Source of the DNA: Gammaproteobacteria bacterium
Lineage (GTDB): Bacteria; Pseudomonadota; Gammaproteobacteria; HK1
Assembly: GCA_965202875.1 (NCBI GenBank)
Contig: OZ241870.1
Location: 3,693,069 to 3,757,068, forward strand
Direction of reading: 5' to 3'
DNA: 64,000 nucleotides
In this document: positions 46,978 through 56,586 of the stretch, piece after piece
Numbering within the stretch: position 1 is the stretch's first letter
Layout of the letters: each line of letters starts with the position of its first letter
Notes under the pieces: generated by a model
What the model was told of the DNA's origin: nothing
Seen by the model: the letters and a program-made list of their open reading frames with translations, nothing else
The model's database searches: none
Program-made: the position numbers and the translations under genes

Positions 46978-48231
46978 ATGACGATGAACGGGATGCACGA
47001 TCGGCCGGGCAACGTACCGCAGTTCGAGCTCACGGCGGAGCAACAGGCCCTGAAGGGGCGGGCGCGCGCGCTTGCGCGCGAGGTCGTCGAGCCGCGCGCG
47101 GCGGAGGTGGACCGCACCGAGCAGTATCCCTGGCACAACGTCGAGGCGCTGCGCGACGCCGGCTTCATGGGCATGACCATCCCCCGGAGTTACGGCGGCC
47201 AGGGGCGGAGCTTCCTCGACGCGGCACTCGTCATCGACGAGGTGGCGCAGGCGTGCGGCGTCACCGGCCGGATCGTGGTCGAGGCGAACATGGGCGCGAT
47301 CTCGGCCCTCATGCACTACGGGACGGAGGCGCAGAAGCGCCTCGGCGCCGGGCTGGTGCTCGCCGGCGACAAGCCCGCGATCTGCATCACCGAGCCCGGC
47401 GCGGGAAGCGCGGCCGGGGAGATGGCCACCCGCGCCGACAAACGCGGCGACGGCTACGTCGTCAACGGTGCGAAGCACTGGATCACCGGCGGCGGGGTCT
47501 CGCGCCTGCACTTGGTGTTCGCGCGGGTGTTCGACGAGCAGGGCGCGGAGCAGGGGATCGGCGGCTTCATCGCGATTCGCGACGAGACGAAGGGGCTGGA
47601 GATCGGCGCCCGCGAGCCGGCGATGGGGCTGCGCGGCATCCCCGAGACCGAGATCCGGTTCGAGGACATGGAGATCCCGGCCGAGCGCGTCCTCCTGCCC
47701 CCGCGCGGGTTCCGGCGCGGGTTCGCGGAGCTGATGAACGCCTACAACTCGCAGCGGGTCGGCGCGGCGGCCGTGGCGCTGGGCATCGCGGACGGCGCCT
47801 GCCGCCGCGCCCTTGCCTACGTCGGCGAGCGCGAGCAGTTCGGCCGCCCGCTGGCCGAGTTCCAGGGGCTGCAATGGATGCTCGCGGACATGAGCATCCG
47901 CATCGCCGCAGCCCGGCTCATGATCCACAAGGCGGCGGCGAGCGCCGCCCCTTTCCCGGACGTGACCCTGGCCGCCCAGGCCAAGATCTTCGCCTCGGAG
48001 ATGGCGATCGAGGTCACCAACGACGCGCTCCAGTGCTTCGGCGCGCGCGGCTACTCGCGCAACCTGCCGCTCGAGCGCATGGCCCGCGACGCGCGGATGT
48101 TCACCATCGGCGGCGGCACCGCGCAGATCCTGCGCACGGTGGTGGCCTCTCGGATCCTGAACCGCAAGCTGCCGCAGACGCGGGACGGGTTCAGCCGGTT
48201 GGCGGCGAAGGAGGGTGGAGGACAGGGGTAG
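46978..48231 (+). CDS. acyl-CoA dehydrogenase family protein
   Basis: 'CITEPGAGSAAG', 'YVVNGAKHWITGG', 'QFGRPLAEFQGLQWMLADM' and the catalytic base region 'IGGGTAQILRTVVA' are typical of ACADs. Confidence 0.85.
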   Translation: MTMNGMHDRPGNVPQFELTAEQQALKGRARALAREVVEPRAAEVDRTEQYPWHNVEALRDAGFMGMTIPRSYGGQGRSFLDAALVIDEVAQACGVTGRIVVEANMGAISALMHYGTEAQKRLGAGLVLAGDKPAICITEPGAGSAAGEMATRADKRGDGYVVNGAKHWITGGGVSRLHLVFARVFDEQGAEQGIGGFIAIRDETKGLEIGAREPAMGLRGIPETEIRFEDMEIPAERVLLPPRGFRRGFAELMNAYNSQRVGAAAVALGIADGACRRALAYVGEREQFGRPLAEFQGLQWMLADMSIRIAAARLMIHKAAASAAPFPDVTLAAQAKIFASEMAIEVTNDALQCFGARGYSRNLPLERMARDARMFTIGGGTAQILRTVVASRILNRKLPQTRDGFSRLAAKEGGGQG

Positions 48232-48239
48232 ACAGCGCA

Positions 48240-49007
48240 ATGTCCAAGCCATCCGCCCGGGGCGCAGGAGCGCCTGCCGACCGCGCATCCCAGACGGCGG
48301 TTTCTCCATCGCCCGAGCCGGCCGGGCCCATCCCGCCCGGATCCATCGACGTGGTGATGATCCGCCATGCGCCGACGGCGTGGAACGATGCGGGGCGCAT
48401 CCAGGGCCAGACGGACGTCCCGCTCGGCGGAAAGGGGCGCCGGGCGCTGGCCCGGCGCCGGCTCCCGGAGCGCTTCGGGTCCTACCGGGTGCATTCGAGC
48501 CCGCTCGCCCGCGCGGTGGAGACCGCGGCGCTTCTCGGGCTCGAAGCGCCGCTGCTCGATCGTCGCCTCATGGAGATGGACTGGGGCGAGTGGGAGGGAA
48601 GCAGCCGCGCCGCGATTTCGGCGGCGGACCCCGCCGGCGTCGCGCGCAACGAAGCCAAGGGGCCGGACTTCAGGCCGCCGGGCGGGGAGAGTCCGCGCGA
48701 GGTGCAGGCCCGGATCGTCGACTGGGCCCGGGACGCCGCCGGATCCCCCCCCGGCGCCGTGTGGAGCCATTGCAGCCCGGAGGGCGGCGTGGCCCGGAGC
48801 GTCGCCGGCCAGTCACCGCCGGGCGTGGTCGCGATTACCCACAAGGGGGTCATCAGGGCGGTGCTGGGGCTCGTCCATGGATGGGACCTCACCGGCAAGC
48901 CACCGGAACGCCTCGACTGGACCCGCGCCCACCGCTTCCGGTTCGATCCGGCCGCCGGCGCGTTCGCCCTCGCCGAGCCGAACCTCCGGCTCGAACGCGA
49001 CGGATAA
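48240..49007 (+). CDS. histidine phosphatase family protein (phosphoglycerate mutase-like)
   Basis: 'VVMIRHAPTAWNDAGRIQGQTDVPL' (RHG-type motif, here RHA) and 'VVAITHKGVIRAV' second His motif. Confidence 0.7.
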   Translation: MSKPSARGAGAPADRASQTAVSPSPEPAGPIPPGSIDVVMIRHAPTAWNDAGRIQGQTDVPLGGKGRRALARRRLPERFGSYRVHSSPLARAVETAALLGLEAPLLDRRLMEMDWGEWEGSSRAAISAADPAGVARNEAKGPDFRPPGGESPREVQARIVDWARDAAGSPPGAVWSHCSPEGGVARSVAGQSPPGVVAITHKGVIRAVLGLVHGWDLTGKPPERLDWTRAHRFRFDPAAGAFALAEPNLRLERDG

Positions 49008-49116
49008 GGGCGGGGAACGCCGCGGGAACGCCGACGATTCCGTGCAACGAAATCGCGAAGCGACCGTGCCGGCGGCCGCCCCTCCCGTGACCACCCCGGC
49101 CGCCGCGCCCCGGATC

Positions 49117-50280
49117 ATGCTCTGGGTCCAGCACCTGATGGGGATCGGCCACCAGCGCCGGGCCGCCGCCATCGCGCTGGCGCTGGCCGGGAGAGGGGCG
49201 GACGTCGTATATGTGACCGGCGGGCCGGAGGTCCCGGATCTCGCGCCCGGCTGGCCCGGCCGGGTGCGCGTCGTCGCGCTCCCCGCCGCTCGGGCCGCGG
49301 ATGCCGGCTACCGCGCCTTGGTGGACGCACGCGGACGCGAAGTCGACGACGCCTGGCGGACCGCGCGCAGGGATCGGCTGCTGGCCGCCTTCGAGGAGCA
49401 CGCGCCGCGCGTGCTCGTCACCGAGACCTGGCCGTTCGGCCGCCGGCTGCTGCGCTTCGAGCTCGAACCGCTCGCCGAGCGTGCCCGGGCGGCGGGGTGC
49501 CGGCTGGTCAGCTCGATCCGCGACGTGCTGGAGCCGCCCTCGAGCCCGGCCAAAGCGCGGGCGGTGGCGGAGCGCGTGCTGGAGTCCTGTGACGCGGTGC
49601 TCGTGCACGGCGACCCCGCCTTCATCCCGCTCGACGCGAGCTTCCCCGAGACGGAGCGGATCCGGACGCGCATCCGGTACACGGGATACGTCGTGGCGGG
49701 AGAGGGGCCGGCCGCGCCGCCCGGGGTGGGGGAGGACGAGATCGTCGTCTCCGCCGGCGGCGGGGTGGTCGCGCACCGCCTCGTGGAAGCCGCCCTCGAC
49801 GCTGCGCGCCGGGATGCCGGCCTCCGATGGCGGATACTGGTCGGGCCGAACGCCGGTGCAGACGCCTTCGCCGGCTGGCACCGGGCCGCTGCGGCGAACG
49901 CGGTCGTGGAGCCGAACCGCGCGGACTTCGGCTCGATCCTCTCGCGGGCGCGCGCCTCCGTCTCCCAGGCGGGCTACAACACCGTCACCGACCTCCTGGC
50001 CGCCGGCGTCCCGGCGGTGCTGGTGCCGTTCTCCGCCGCCGGAGAGCGCGAGCAGTCGATTCGCGCCCGCACCCTCGCCGAGGCGGGGTGCGCACGGGTG
50101 GTCGACGAGGACCGCCTGACCCCCGAAGCATTGCTCGAAGCGGTCCGCGGCGCACCCTCGCCGGTCGCGGGGCGGCCGCGCGTTCGGCTCGACGGCGCCG
50201 GAGAGGGCGCCGGCGCGGTGCTCGAGGTTGCCCGCGCGGGTGCCCGCCGTCGCGGGTGCCCGCCGTGGCGGGTGCTATGA
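49117..50280 (+). CDS. glycosyltransferase (GT1/GT28-like, MGT family)
   Basis: N-terminal 'MLWVQHLMGIGHQRRAAAIALAL' (G-loop with His) and C-terminal 'VSQAGYNTVTDLLAAGVPAVLVPF...GEREQSIRA' donor-binding region. Confidence 0.7.
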   Translation: MLWVQHLMGIGHQRRAAAIALALAGRGADVVYVTGGPEVPDLAPGWPGRVRVVALPAARAADAGYRALVDARGREVDDAWRTARRDRLLAAFEEHAPRVLVTETWPFGRRLLRFELEPLAERARAAGCRLVSSIRDVLEPPSSPAKARAVAERVLESCDAVLVHGDPAFIPLDASFPETERIRTRIRYTGYVVAGEGPAAPPGVGEDEIVVSAGGGVVAHRLVEAALDAARRDAGLRWRILVGPNAGADAFAGWHRAAAANAVVEPNRADFGSILSRARASVSQAGYNTVTDLLAAGVPAVLVPFSAAGEREQSIRARTLAEAGCARVVDEDRLTPEALLEAVRGAPSPVAGRPRVRLDGAGEGAGAVLEVARAGARRRGCPPWRVL

Positions 50281-50305
50281 TTGCCCGCCGCTCGAATCCC
50301 CTTGG

Positions 50306-51037
50306 ATGACCGGCCAGATGAACGGTGATCGCAACAAGCTTCCGGCGCGGTCGACGTCGGCCGAGGTCGATGCGTTTCTGCGCAACGTCGCGGCGATCAC
50401 CCCGGCCGGGCGGCGGACGGCGGTCCAGGGGCGCCTGCTCTTCGCGATGGATGCGACCGCGAGCCGCGAGCCGGCCTGGGACCGTGCGTGCCGGATCCAG
50501 GGCGAGATGTTCACCGAGGCGGCCCGGGCCGGCGGCCTGGCGGTGCAGCTCTGCCACTATGGCGGCTTCCACGGCTTCGAGGCGACTCCCTGGCTCACGA
50601 ATTCGGCCGCGCTCTTGCGCCACATGGGCGCGGTGCGTTGTGCGGCGGGCATCACCCAGATCGAGCGGGTGCTGCGCCACGCGAAGGCCGAGGCCGAGCG
50701 CGCGCGCGTGAACGCGGTGGTCTTCGTGGGCGATTGCGTCGAGGAAGATCCCGACCGCCTGTGCGCGGCGGCCGGCCCTCTGCGTCTGCTCGCCGTCCCG
50801 GTGTTCGTGTTCCAGGAAGGCCACGACCCCGTGGCCGAGCGCGCCTTGCGGGCGATCGCCACCCTGACCGAGGGGGCGTACTGCCGCTTCGACGCCTCAA
50901 GCGCGGTGGAGCTGCGCGACCTCCTGCGCGCCGTCGCGCTCTACGCGGTGGGCGGCCGAGACGCGCTGGAGGATCTCGGCCGGCGCGAAGGCGGCGCGAT
51001 CAAGCGCCTCACGCATTCGCTCGGCCGGCGCACATAG
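50306..51037 (+). CDS. hypothetical protein, possible VWA-like fold; paired with downstream J-domain membrane protein
   Basis: 'GRLLFAMDATASREPAWD', 'VVFVGDCVEEDPD', 'VPVFVFQEG' suggest a VWA/MIDAS-like layout (D.T.S ... D). Family assignment is tentative. Start at MTGQMNG (50306). Confidence 0.45.
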   Translation: MTGQMNGDRNKLPARSTSAEVDAFLRNVAAITPAGRRTAVQGRLLFAMDATASREPAWDRACRIQGEMFTEAARAGGLAVQLCHYGGFHGFEATPWLTNSAALLRHMGAVRCAAGITQIERVLRHAKAEAERARVNAVVFVGDCVEEDPDRLCAAAGPLRLLAVPVFVFQEGHDPVAERALRAIATLTEGAYCRFDASSAVELRDLLRAVALYAVGGRDALEDLGRREGGAIKRLTHSLGRRT

Positions 51038-51043
51038 CGAGTC

Positions 51044-51763
51044 ATGCACCCGCTCCTGCTGCTTGCCGCCCTGGTCGCGGCGCTGTTCTTCATCAGTTGG
51101 TACAAGCGCGCGCCGAAGGCGAACCAGCGCCGGATCCGCAACCGGGCACTGCTGATCGGGGGCGGAATCCTCCTGTTCCTCGCGCTGATCACCGGCAAGC
51201 TGCATCCCCTGTTCGCCGGCCTGGCCGCTCTGGTGCCCCTCGCGTACCGCGCGGTCGGCCTGTTCCAGACCTTCAACACCATCAAGGCGTTCACCGCGCG
51301 CATGAAGGCCGGTGCTTCACCCGGCCCTGCCCCGGGACAGACCTCGGAGGTCGAGACCGCATTCCTGCGGATGCGCCTCGACCACGACTCGGGGGAGATG
51401 GAGGGCGAAGTGCTCCGGGGACGATACGAGGGACGCACGCTCGGCTCACTCGATTTTGAAGATCTCCTCGCGCTGCTCGCCGAATGCCGGTCGGACCGCC
51501 AGTCCGCGGCGGTGCTGGAGGCGTATCTGGACCGCACTCATGCGGGTTGGCACAAGCGCGACGAGCCGCCGTCCGTCGCCCCGACGGGAGAGATGGGCGA
51601 ACAGGAGGCGCGGGCGGTGCTGGGGATCGGGCCGGAGGCGACGCGGCAGGAGATCGTCGAGGCGCACCGGCGCCTCATGCAGCGGCTCCACCCCGACCGT
51701 GGCGGCTCGGACTACCTCGCCGCGAAGCTCAACGCGGCGAAGGACATGCTGCTCGGCGGCTGA
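51044..51763 (+). CDS. DnaJ (J) domain-containing membrane protein (DjlA-like)
   Basis: Two N-terminal TM helices, then a C-terminal J domain 'EARAVLGIGPEATRQEIVEAHRRLMQRLHPDRGGSDYLAAKLNAAKDMLL' with the HPD motif. Confidence 0.75.
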   Translation: MHPLLLLAALVAALFFISWYKRAPKANQRRIRNRALLIGGGILLFLALITGKLHPLFAGLAALVPLAYRAVGLFQTFNTIKAFTARMKAGASPGPAPGQTSEVETAFLRMRLDHDSGEMEGEVLRGRYEGRTLGSLDFEDLLALLAECRSDRQSAAVLEAYLDRTHAGWHKRDEPPSVAPTGEMGEQEARAVLGIGPEATRQEIVEAHRRLMQRLHPDRGGSDYLAAKLNAAKDMLLGG

Positions 51764-51819
51764 CGCGCCCCGCTCCGCCCGCGCCCGCCGCATCTGCTCC
51801 GCACAGGCGGAGGCGTCCC

Positions 51820-52530
51820 TCATTCGTCGAACGCGACGTTCACGCGGCGGTTCTGCCGCCCCTTCTTCTCGATCTTCGTCACCCGCACCTTTCCGATCTC
51901 GCCGGTGGATGCCACGTGCGTCCCGCCGCAAGGCTGCAAGTCCACACCCGCGATTTCGAGCAACCGCACCCTGCCCCGGCCGCGTGGAGGCGCGACCGAC
52001 ATCGTCCGCACCAGGGAGGGGTTCGCGTCGAGCTCCTCTTCGCTGATCCAGCGCGGGGTGGCAGGATGGTTTTCGGCGACGAGCCGATTGAGCCGCGTGG
52101 TGAGGTCCTCCTTGTCAAGGGTGCTCTCGGGCAGGTCGAAATCGAGCCGGCCGCTCCCGTCCCGGATGGACCCGCCGGTCACGGGGGCGGGGATGAGCGA
52201 AGACAGAAGGTGCATGCACGTGTGCATCCGCATCAGCCGGTGCCGTCGGTCCCAGTCGATGCGGGCCGTCGCCTCCGAGCCGACGATGTCCGGATCGGCC
52301 GGGGTCTCCGGGACGTGCACGATCTCTCCCGCGGCGTCACCCTTGCGGGTGTCGACGATTCGGATGACGGTCCCGTCGCCGAAGGCCAGCGCGCCGCGGT
52401 CTCCCGGCTGGCCGCCCCCGGTCGGGTAGAAGACGGTGCGGTCGAGACGTATCCCTGCACCGTCCACCGCCGTGATGCGCGCGTCGCACGAGCGCGTGTA
52501 GGCGTCCTGTCTGAACACTTCCTCGGTCAT
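51820..52530 (-). CDS. alanyl-tRNA editing protein AlaX-like (Ser-tRNA(Ala) deacylase)
   Basis: Zinc-binding editing motifs 'HTCMHLLS' and 'CGGTHV' in a 236-aa protein lacking a synthetase catalytic domain. Confidence 0.8.
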   Translation of the reverse strand: MTEEVFRQDAYTRSCDARITAVDGAGIRLDRTVFYPTGGGQPGDRGALAFGDGTVIRIVDTRKGDAAGEIVHVPETPADPDIVGSEATARIDWDRRHRLMRMHTCMHLLSSLIPAPVTGGSIRDGSGRLDFDLPESTLDKEDLTTRLNRLVAENHPATPRWISEEELDANPSLVRTMSVAPPRGRGRVRLLEIAGVDLQPCGGTHVASTGEIGKVRVTKIEKKGRQNRRVNVAFDE

Positions 52531-52771
52531 GATCCCTGCTCCGTATCGATTGCCGCGGGTGGGTCCGCGGCCCGCTGCCGCCACCGTGCGCCCCCACGAT
52601 CCGGCGCACGCCCGCTCGGCATATCGGGTACGTGTCTGCCGGCCGCGTGTCCGGTGCAAAGCGTCCGCTTGCGGTGGAAGCAATTGAGGAAACGGCCCCT
52701 CGTCCGCCCGGCGGCGGCTCGCGGGGCCTTCGAATGCACGCCGTCCCCGCGGGGACGGCGCGGGCAATGGC

Positions 52772-52996
52772 TCAGGCGTGCTCTCGCCGGTACTGCTCGA
52801 TCATCGCGGCCATCTTGTCCTTGGCGAGAAGCTTCTCCTTCTTCATCGTGCCGAGGCTCACGTCGTCGAGCGGCAATACCCCGATCTCGGCGTCGCGCAC
52901 CTTCGCCTTGAGCTCGTTGTGCTGTCTGTAGAGTGCCTGGAACCGCTCGTTGTCGCCGAGAAGGATCTCGACGACGTCCTGGTCATACTCGAACAT
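52772..52996 (-). CDS. DUF465 (YdcH-like) family protein
   Basis: 74 aa 'MFEYDQDVVEILLGDNERFQALYRQHNELKAKVRDAE...LDDVSLGTMKKEKLLAKDKM' matches DUF465. Confidence 0.75.
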   Translation of the reverse strand: MFEYDQDVVEILLGDNERFQALYRQHNELKAKVRDAEIGVLPLDDVSLGTMKKEKLLAKDKMAAMIEQYRREHA

Positions 52997-53284
52997 TGAA
53001 ACTCCCGAGGTCGTTGTGGGGTGTGGACTCCCATCGGCGAGCACCCTGTGCCGTCTGGGCGCATCAAGCGTACCCTAGCCCATGTCCGGGGTTGTCTCAA
53101 TTGATCCGGCGAGGGCCGTCGCCCGTTCGCCCGGAACGGGGCCTTGTGGCTCGATCGGAGAGGAGATCGTTTCCGGCACGGCCTCGACGTCGAGACGACG
53201 CTGCTCTCCCGAACGCTCCGGTCCGCCGCGGCCATCCGGCAAGTCAAGCGCGAGGAGAGCGCGGTCATCCCCGCACCACGACGA

Positions 53285-53696
53285 CGTGCAGCCGCCGCGG
53301 GCCGTGCGCGCCTTCGAGGATCACGAGCTCGACGTCGCCGGTCTTCGAGGTGCGGGACGATCCGCGATTCGCGCAGCACCACGACGTGATCCTCGGGCAG
53401 GAAGTTCAGCGTCGTCGGGTGCTCCGGCCCGGAGAGCAGCATCATGCTCCCGGTCTCCGCGATGCCGGCGAACGCGCCGGTCACGCTGAGCCGGTCCGAC
53501 CCACGGGCCGCGCGCCGCTCGACGGCGAGACGGTTCGACCACTGCACGCCGTCGAGCCCCGGGGCCACCACGATCGACTCGCCGAGGTCGTGCTCCTCGA
53601 CGTGGCGCAGCACGACCCCCGAGACCTCGGCGAGGGTGGACACCCTGGAGATCCGGGCGTGGACCGCATCCGCCTTGCGGACGAAGAGATCGACCG
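53285..53696 (-). pseudogene. lutC: lutC (LUD domain) 3'-portion remnant carrying a 74-bp frameshifting deletion
   Basis: Aligns to the intact lutC at 55936-56586 ('...AEVSGVVLRHVEEHDLGESIVVAPGLDGVQWSNRLAVERRAARGSDRLSVTGAFAGIAETGSMMLLSGPEHPTTLNFLPEDHVVVLRESRIVPHLED'). It lacks the segment between two CTTCGA repeats present in the intact copy, shifting the frame. Confidence 0.6.
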
Positions 53697-53824
53697 GATC
53701 GTCGCCGAGGGCCGGTCTGAGATTCGGCGCCGGGACGGAAGAGATCGACGAGGCAGGTGACGAGCAGCCCGACCCGGGGGCGGCTGGTCGGGTCGTCGGG
53801 AGACTGCCGGATTCTGTCGGACAC
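53697..53824 (-). pseudogene. lutA: lutA 5' fragment (first ~42 codons) fused to the lutC remnant
   Basis: Nucleotide-identical to the 5' end of the intact lutA at 58880-59004 ('MSDRIRQSPDDPTSRPRVGLLVTCLVDLFRP'), then jumps directly into the lutC 3' portion. Confidence 0.6.
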
Positions 53825-54198
53825 GATGGAGGCTATGCCGCGGGTTGTCGCCCGATTCTATCCGAGCCGGTGGAAAGCTCCGCCGGCAAAAAGTGGCGGC
53901 GCCGCCTGGATTGATCTCGAAAGGTGGGTATGGGGCAATCCATTCCAGACTCACCACAGGAACAGCCCGATGAATACGGACTACCTCATCGTCGGCTCGG
54001 CGATTGCACGTATCGCCTTCGCGGGCGCGTCGCGGGAATGGACCTGTGAGCGCCGAGCCGAGGACATCGGGCCCAGAGCCGTTCCGGATCAACTCGAAGA
54101 GCTGGCGGTGGGCGTAGCCGCCGCCCGCGGTGTCGTCTTCGACGTTCGATGCCTGCCGGAATGGCCGGCGTCAGCGCGATCGTCCCCACCCCGATACG

Positions 54199-55848
54199 CT
54201 ACAGCGTCCAGACGGCCACCTTGCGACCGTCCTGCCGGCGACCGCATCCACCCGCCTCGCTCCCGCGCTCCTCCGTGCCCTCACTCCTCCGCCGACGTTT
54301 CCCGGTTCGGCGGTCGAACACCACCAGATGCCCTTCCTCCGCTCCGCACTGCACCATATACCCCAACGTCTGCTCCACCCCGCGATCGATGGTCCACGCG
54401 AGGCTCTTGCGGTCCGAGTCCCGCAACACCTTGCACTCCACCACGAAACGCTCCCACAGGTCCGAGGGCTGCCCCGCCTCGCGCGGCCACAGCACCAGCA
54501 GGTCCGTCCGGCCGCGCCCCAGCCCGTACTCCCGCTCGATGCGTCCGTCCCCGTTCACCACCCGCTGCAAGTACGTCTGCAACAGGAGCTGCGGCCCCGC
54601 CTCACGGTAGTCGAAGCGGCCCATCCAGTGCTCGGCGTGCTCCCCGAAGAAGGTGCGGAACGCCCTCAGCAGCTTCGTCATGTCCAGACGGCCGGCGCCG
54701 TCCACGTACCACGCCGCCTGGACGTTGACCAGACGCTCCTGCGCCGCCGCCGTCAGCTCGCGCGGCACCACCTCCGCATAGATCGGGTTCGCCATGCGGA
54801 TGCCCCGGCCCGGAGCGATCAGCCCCAGGTCGCGCACGTAGTCGACGTCGCGCTGGAAGCCGATGTCCGACACCCCGCAGCCCGGCTCCTCCGCATCGCT
54901 CAGCAGCGGCTCGATGACCCGCCGCACCCGCTCTTCTTCCAGCTTGTGCGCCAACTGGTCCAGATGCGTGCGCCGCGAGAGGATGAGCTCCTCCCGCGCC
55001 GCGTAGACGTCGTCCACCTCGATGGAACGCGAGCGGTCCCTTCCGGCCTTGTCGTCGAAGCACGCCCCCGCGCACAGCGCGTTCACCAGCCACGGCTGGC
55101 CCCGGGTCTGCGTCCATACCATCTCCAACGCCGCCGGGGAGAAGCGCTGCTTGGTCTCCTCGGTGTGCTGCGCCATCAGCGCCCGCGTCTCCGCTTCCGT
55201 GAAGTCGCCCATGCGCAACGACTTCGCCGCGACGTTGAAGGGGCTGCCGCCGGCAATCACTTCGCCGGTGCTCGACCGGATGCGGTAGTCGCGGATGTCG
55301 CGCACCCCGCACAGCACCACGCTCTGCGGGAAGGCTTCGGGGCGTTGCTCGTAGCCGGCGCGGAGCTGGCGCAGCACCGAGAGCAGGGTGTCGCCGACCA
55401 GCGAATCGATCTCGTCGACCAGCAGCACCAGCGGCACCGGGTTCGCCAAGCACCAGTGCATCAACACGTGCCGCAAGGCGTCGTTGGGACCCACCTTGGC
55501 CAGCATGTCCGGCCAGACCCTGTCCGGGTAGTCGTCGCCCAGCAGCAGCGCCCGCGACGCCATCATGCTCAGGATGGCGCGGATGCCCTCGGCCACGTCG
55601 TCGCGCGCCACCTGGGCGACCTCGACGTTCACGTTCACGCAGCGGAAGCTGCCCACTTCGCCGCTGTTGAGCAGGTCGCGCAGGGCGATGAGCGCGGAGG
55701 TCTTGCCGGTCTGGCGCGGCGCGTGCAGCACGAAGTAGCGTTCCGCCCGAATCAGGGCCAGGAATTCGCCGACGTTCACGCGATCCAACGGCCGGATCGC
55801 ATAGTGCTTGTCCGGGCGCACCGGCCCTTCGGTGTTGAAGAAGCGCAT
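54199..55848 (-). CDS. AAA-ATPase-like + C-terminal PD-(D/E)XK nuclease-fold protein, paralogue 1 of 3
   Basis: 549 aa. Walker A 'HAPRQTGKTSAL', Walker B 'LVLLVDEIDSL', C-terminal 'GRTDLLVLWP...ERFVVECKVL' (D...E.K). 87 bp downstream of lutC, same strand. Confidence 0.8.
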   Translation of the reverse strand: MRFFNTEGPVRPDKHYAIRPLDRVNVGEFLALIRAERYFVLHAPRQTGKTSALIALRDLLNSGEVGSFRCVNVNVEVAQVARDDVAEGIRAILSMMASRALLLGDDYPDRVWPDMLAKVGPNDALRHVLMHWCLANPVPLVLLVDEIDSLVGDTLLSVLRQLRAGYEQRPEAFPQSVVLCGVRDIRDYRIRSSTGEVIAGGSPFNVAAKSLRMGDFTEAETRALMAQHTEETKQRFSPAALEMVWTQTRGQPWLVNALCAGACFDDKAGRDRSRSIEVDDVYAAREELILSRRTHLDQLAHKLEEERVRRVIEPLLSDAEEPGCGVSDIGFQRDVDYVRDLGLIAPGRGIRMANPIYAEVVPRELTAAAQERLVNVQAAWYVDGAGRLDMTKLLRAFRTFFGEHAEHWMGRFDYREAGPQLLLQTYLQRVVNGDGRIEREYGLGRGRTDLLVLWPREAGQPSDLWERFVVECKVLRDSDRKSLAWTIDRGVEQTLGYMVQCGAEEGHLVVFDRRTGKRRRRSEGTEERGSEAGGCGRRQDGRKVAVWTL

Positions 55849-55935
55849 GGGCCGATTATGACACCTGCCGCGCCGGTTTCCGGGTTGCGCTCGGCCGAGA
55901 AAATCGCGGTACGGTCTCGCCGGGCGGCGGGCCGG

Positions 55936-56586
55936 TCATTCCCGCACCACGACGACGTGCAGCCGCCGCGGACCGTGCGCGCCTTCGAGGATCACGAGCT
56001 CGACGTCGCCGGTCTTCGAAGGGCCGCAGATGAGGTTGACGGTGCGCGGCATCGTGGCGCGCTCCTTGCGGAGCATGGCCCAGGCGTCTTCGAGGTGCGG
56101 GACGATCCGCGACTCGCGCAGCACCACGACGTGATCCTCGGGCAGGAAGTTCAGGGTCGTCGGATGCTCCGGCCCGGAGAGCAGCATCACGCTCCCGGTC
56201 TCCGCGACCCCCGCGAACGCGCCGGTCACGCTGAGCCGGTCCGAGCCACGGGCCGCGCGCCGCTCGACGGCGAGACGGTTCGACCACTGCACTCCGTCGA
56301 GCCCCGGGGCCACCACGATCGACTCGCCGAGGCCGTGCTCCTCGACGTGGCGCAGCACGACCCCGGAGACCTCGGCGAGGGCGGAGACCCTGGAGATCCG
56401 GGTATGGACCGCATCCGCCTTGCGGACGAAGAGATCGACCGGATCGTCGCCGAGGGCCGGCCTGAGATTCGGCGCCGGGGCGGCGAGGCGGCGGTCGAGC
56501 ACGTCGCGCACGCTTTCCGGCAACGGCCCGGCCCGGTGCAGCGAGCGCCGCACCGAGGCCAGGATGCGTTCCCTTGCGATGCTCAT
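55936..56586 (-). CDS. lutC: lactate utilisation protein C (LUD domain, YkgG family)
   Basis: 216 aa 'MSIARERILASVRRSLHR...LLSGPEHPTTLNFLPEDHVVVLRESRIVPHLEDAWAMLRKERATMPRTVNLICGPSKTGDVELVILEGAHGPRRLHVVVV'. 4-bp overlap with lutB. Confidence 0.8.
   Translation of the reverse strand: MSIARERILASVRRSLHRAGPLPESVRDVLDRRLAAPAPNLRPALGDDPVDLFVRKADAVHTRISRVSALAEVSGVVLRHVEEHGLGESIVVAPGLDGVQWSNRLAVERRAARGSDRLSVTGAFAGVAETGSVMLLSGPEHPTTLNFLPEDHVVVLRESRIVPHLEDAWAMLRKERATMPRTVNLICGPSKTGDVELVILEGAHGPRRLHVVVVRE

Noticed and set aside
53757-54728. Plus-strand ORF beginning in the lutA-AAA spacer ('MNTDYLIVGSAIARIAFAGASREWTCERRAEDIGPRAVPD...') and its duplicate at 59025..59906
   Set aside because: It starts in the ~370-bp spacer but runs antisense through the conserved AAA-ATPase gene with low-complexity sequence. 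A short (~65-aa) spacer-encoded peptide cannot be excluded, but it has no RBS and no recognisable features.
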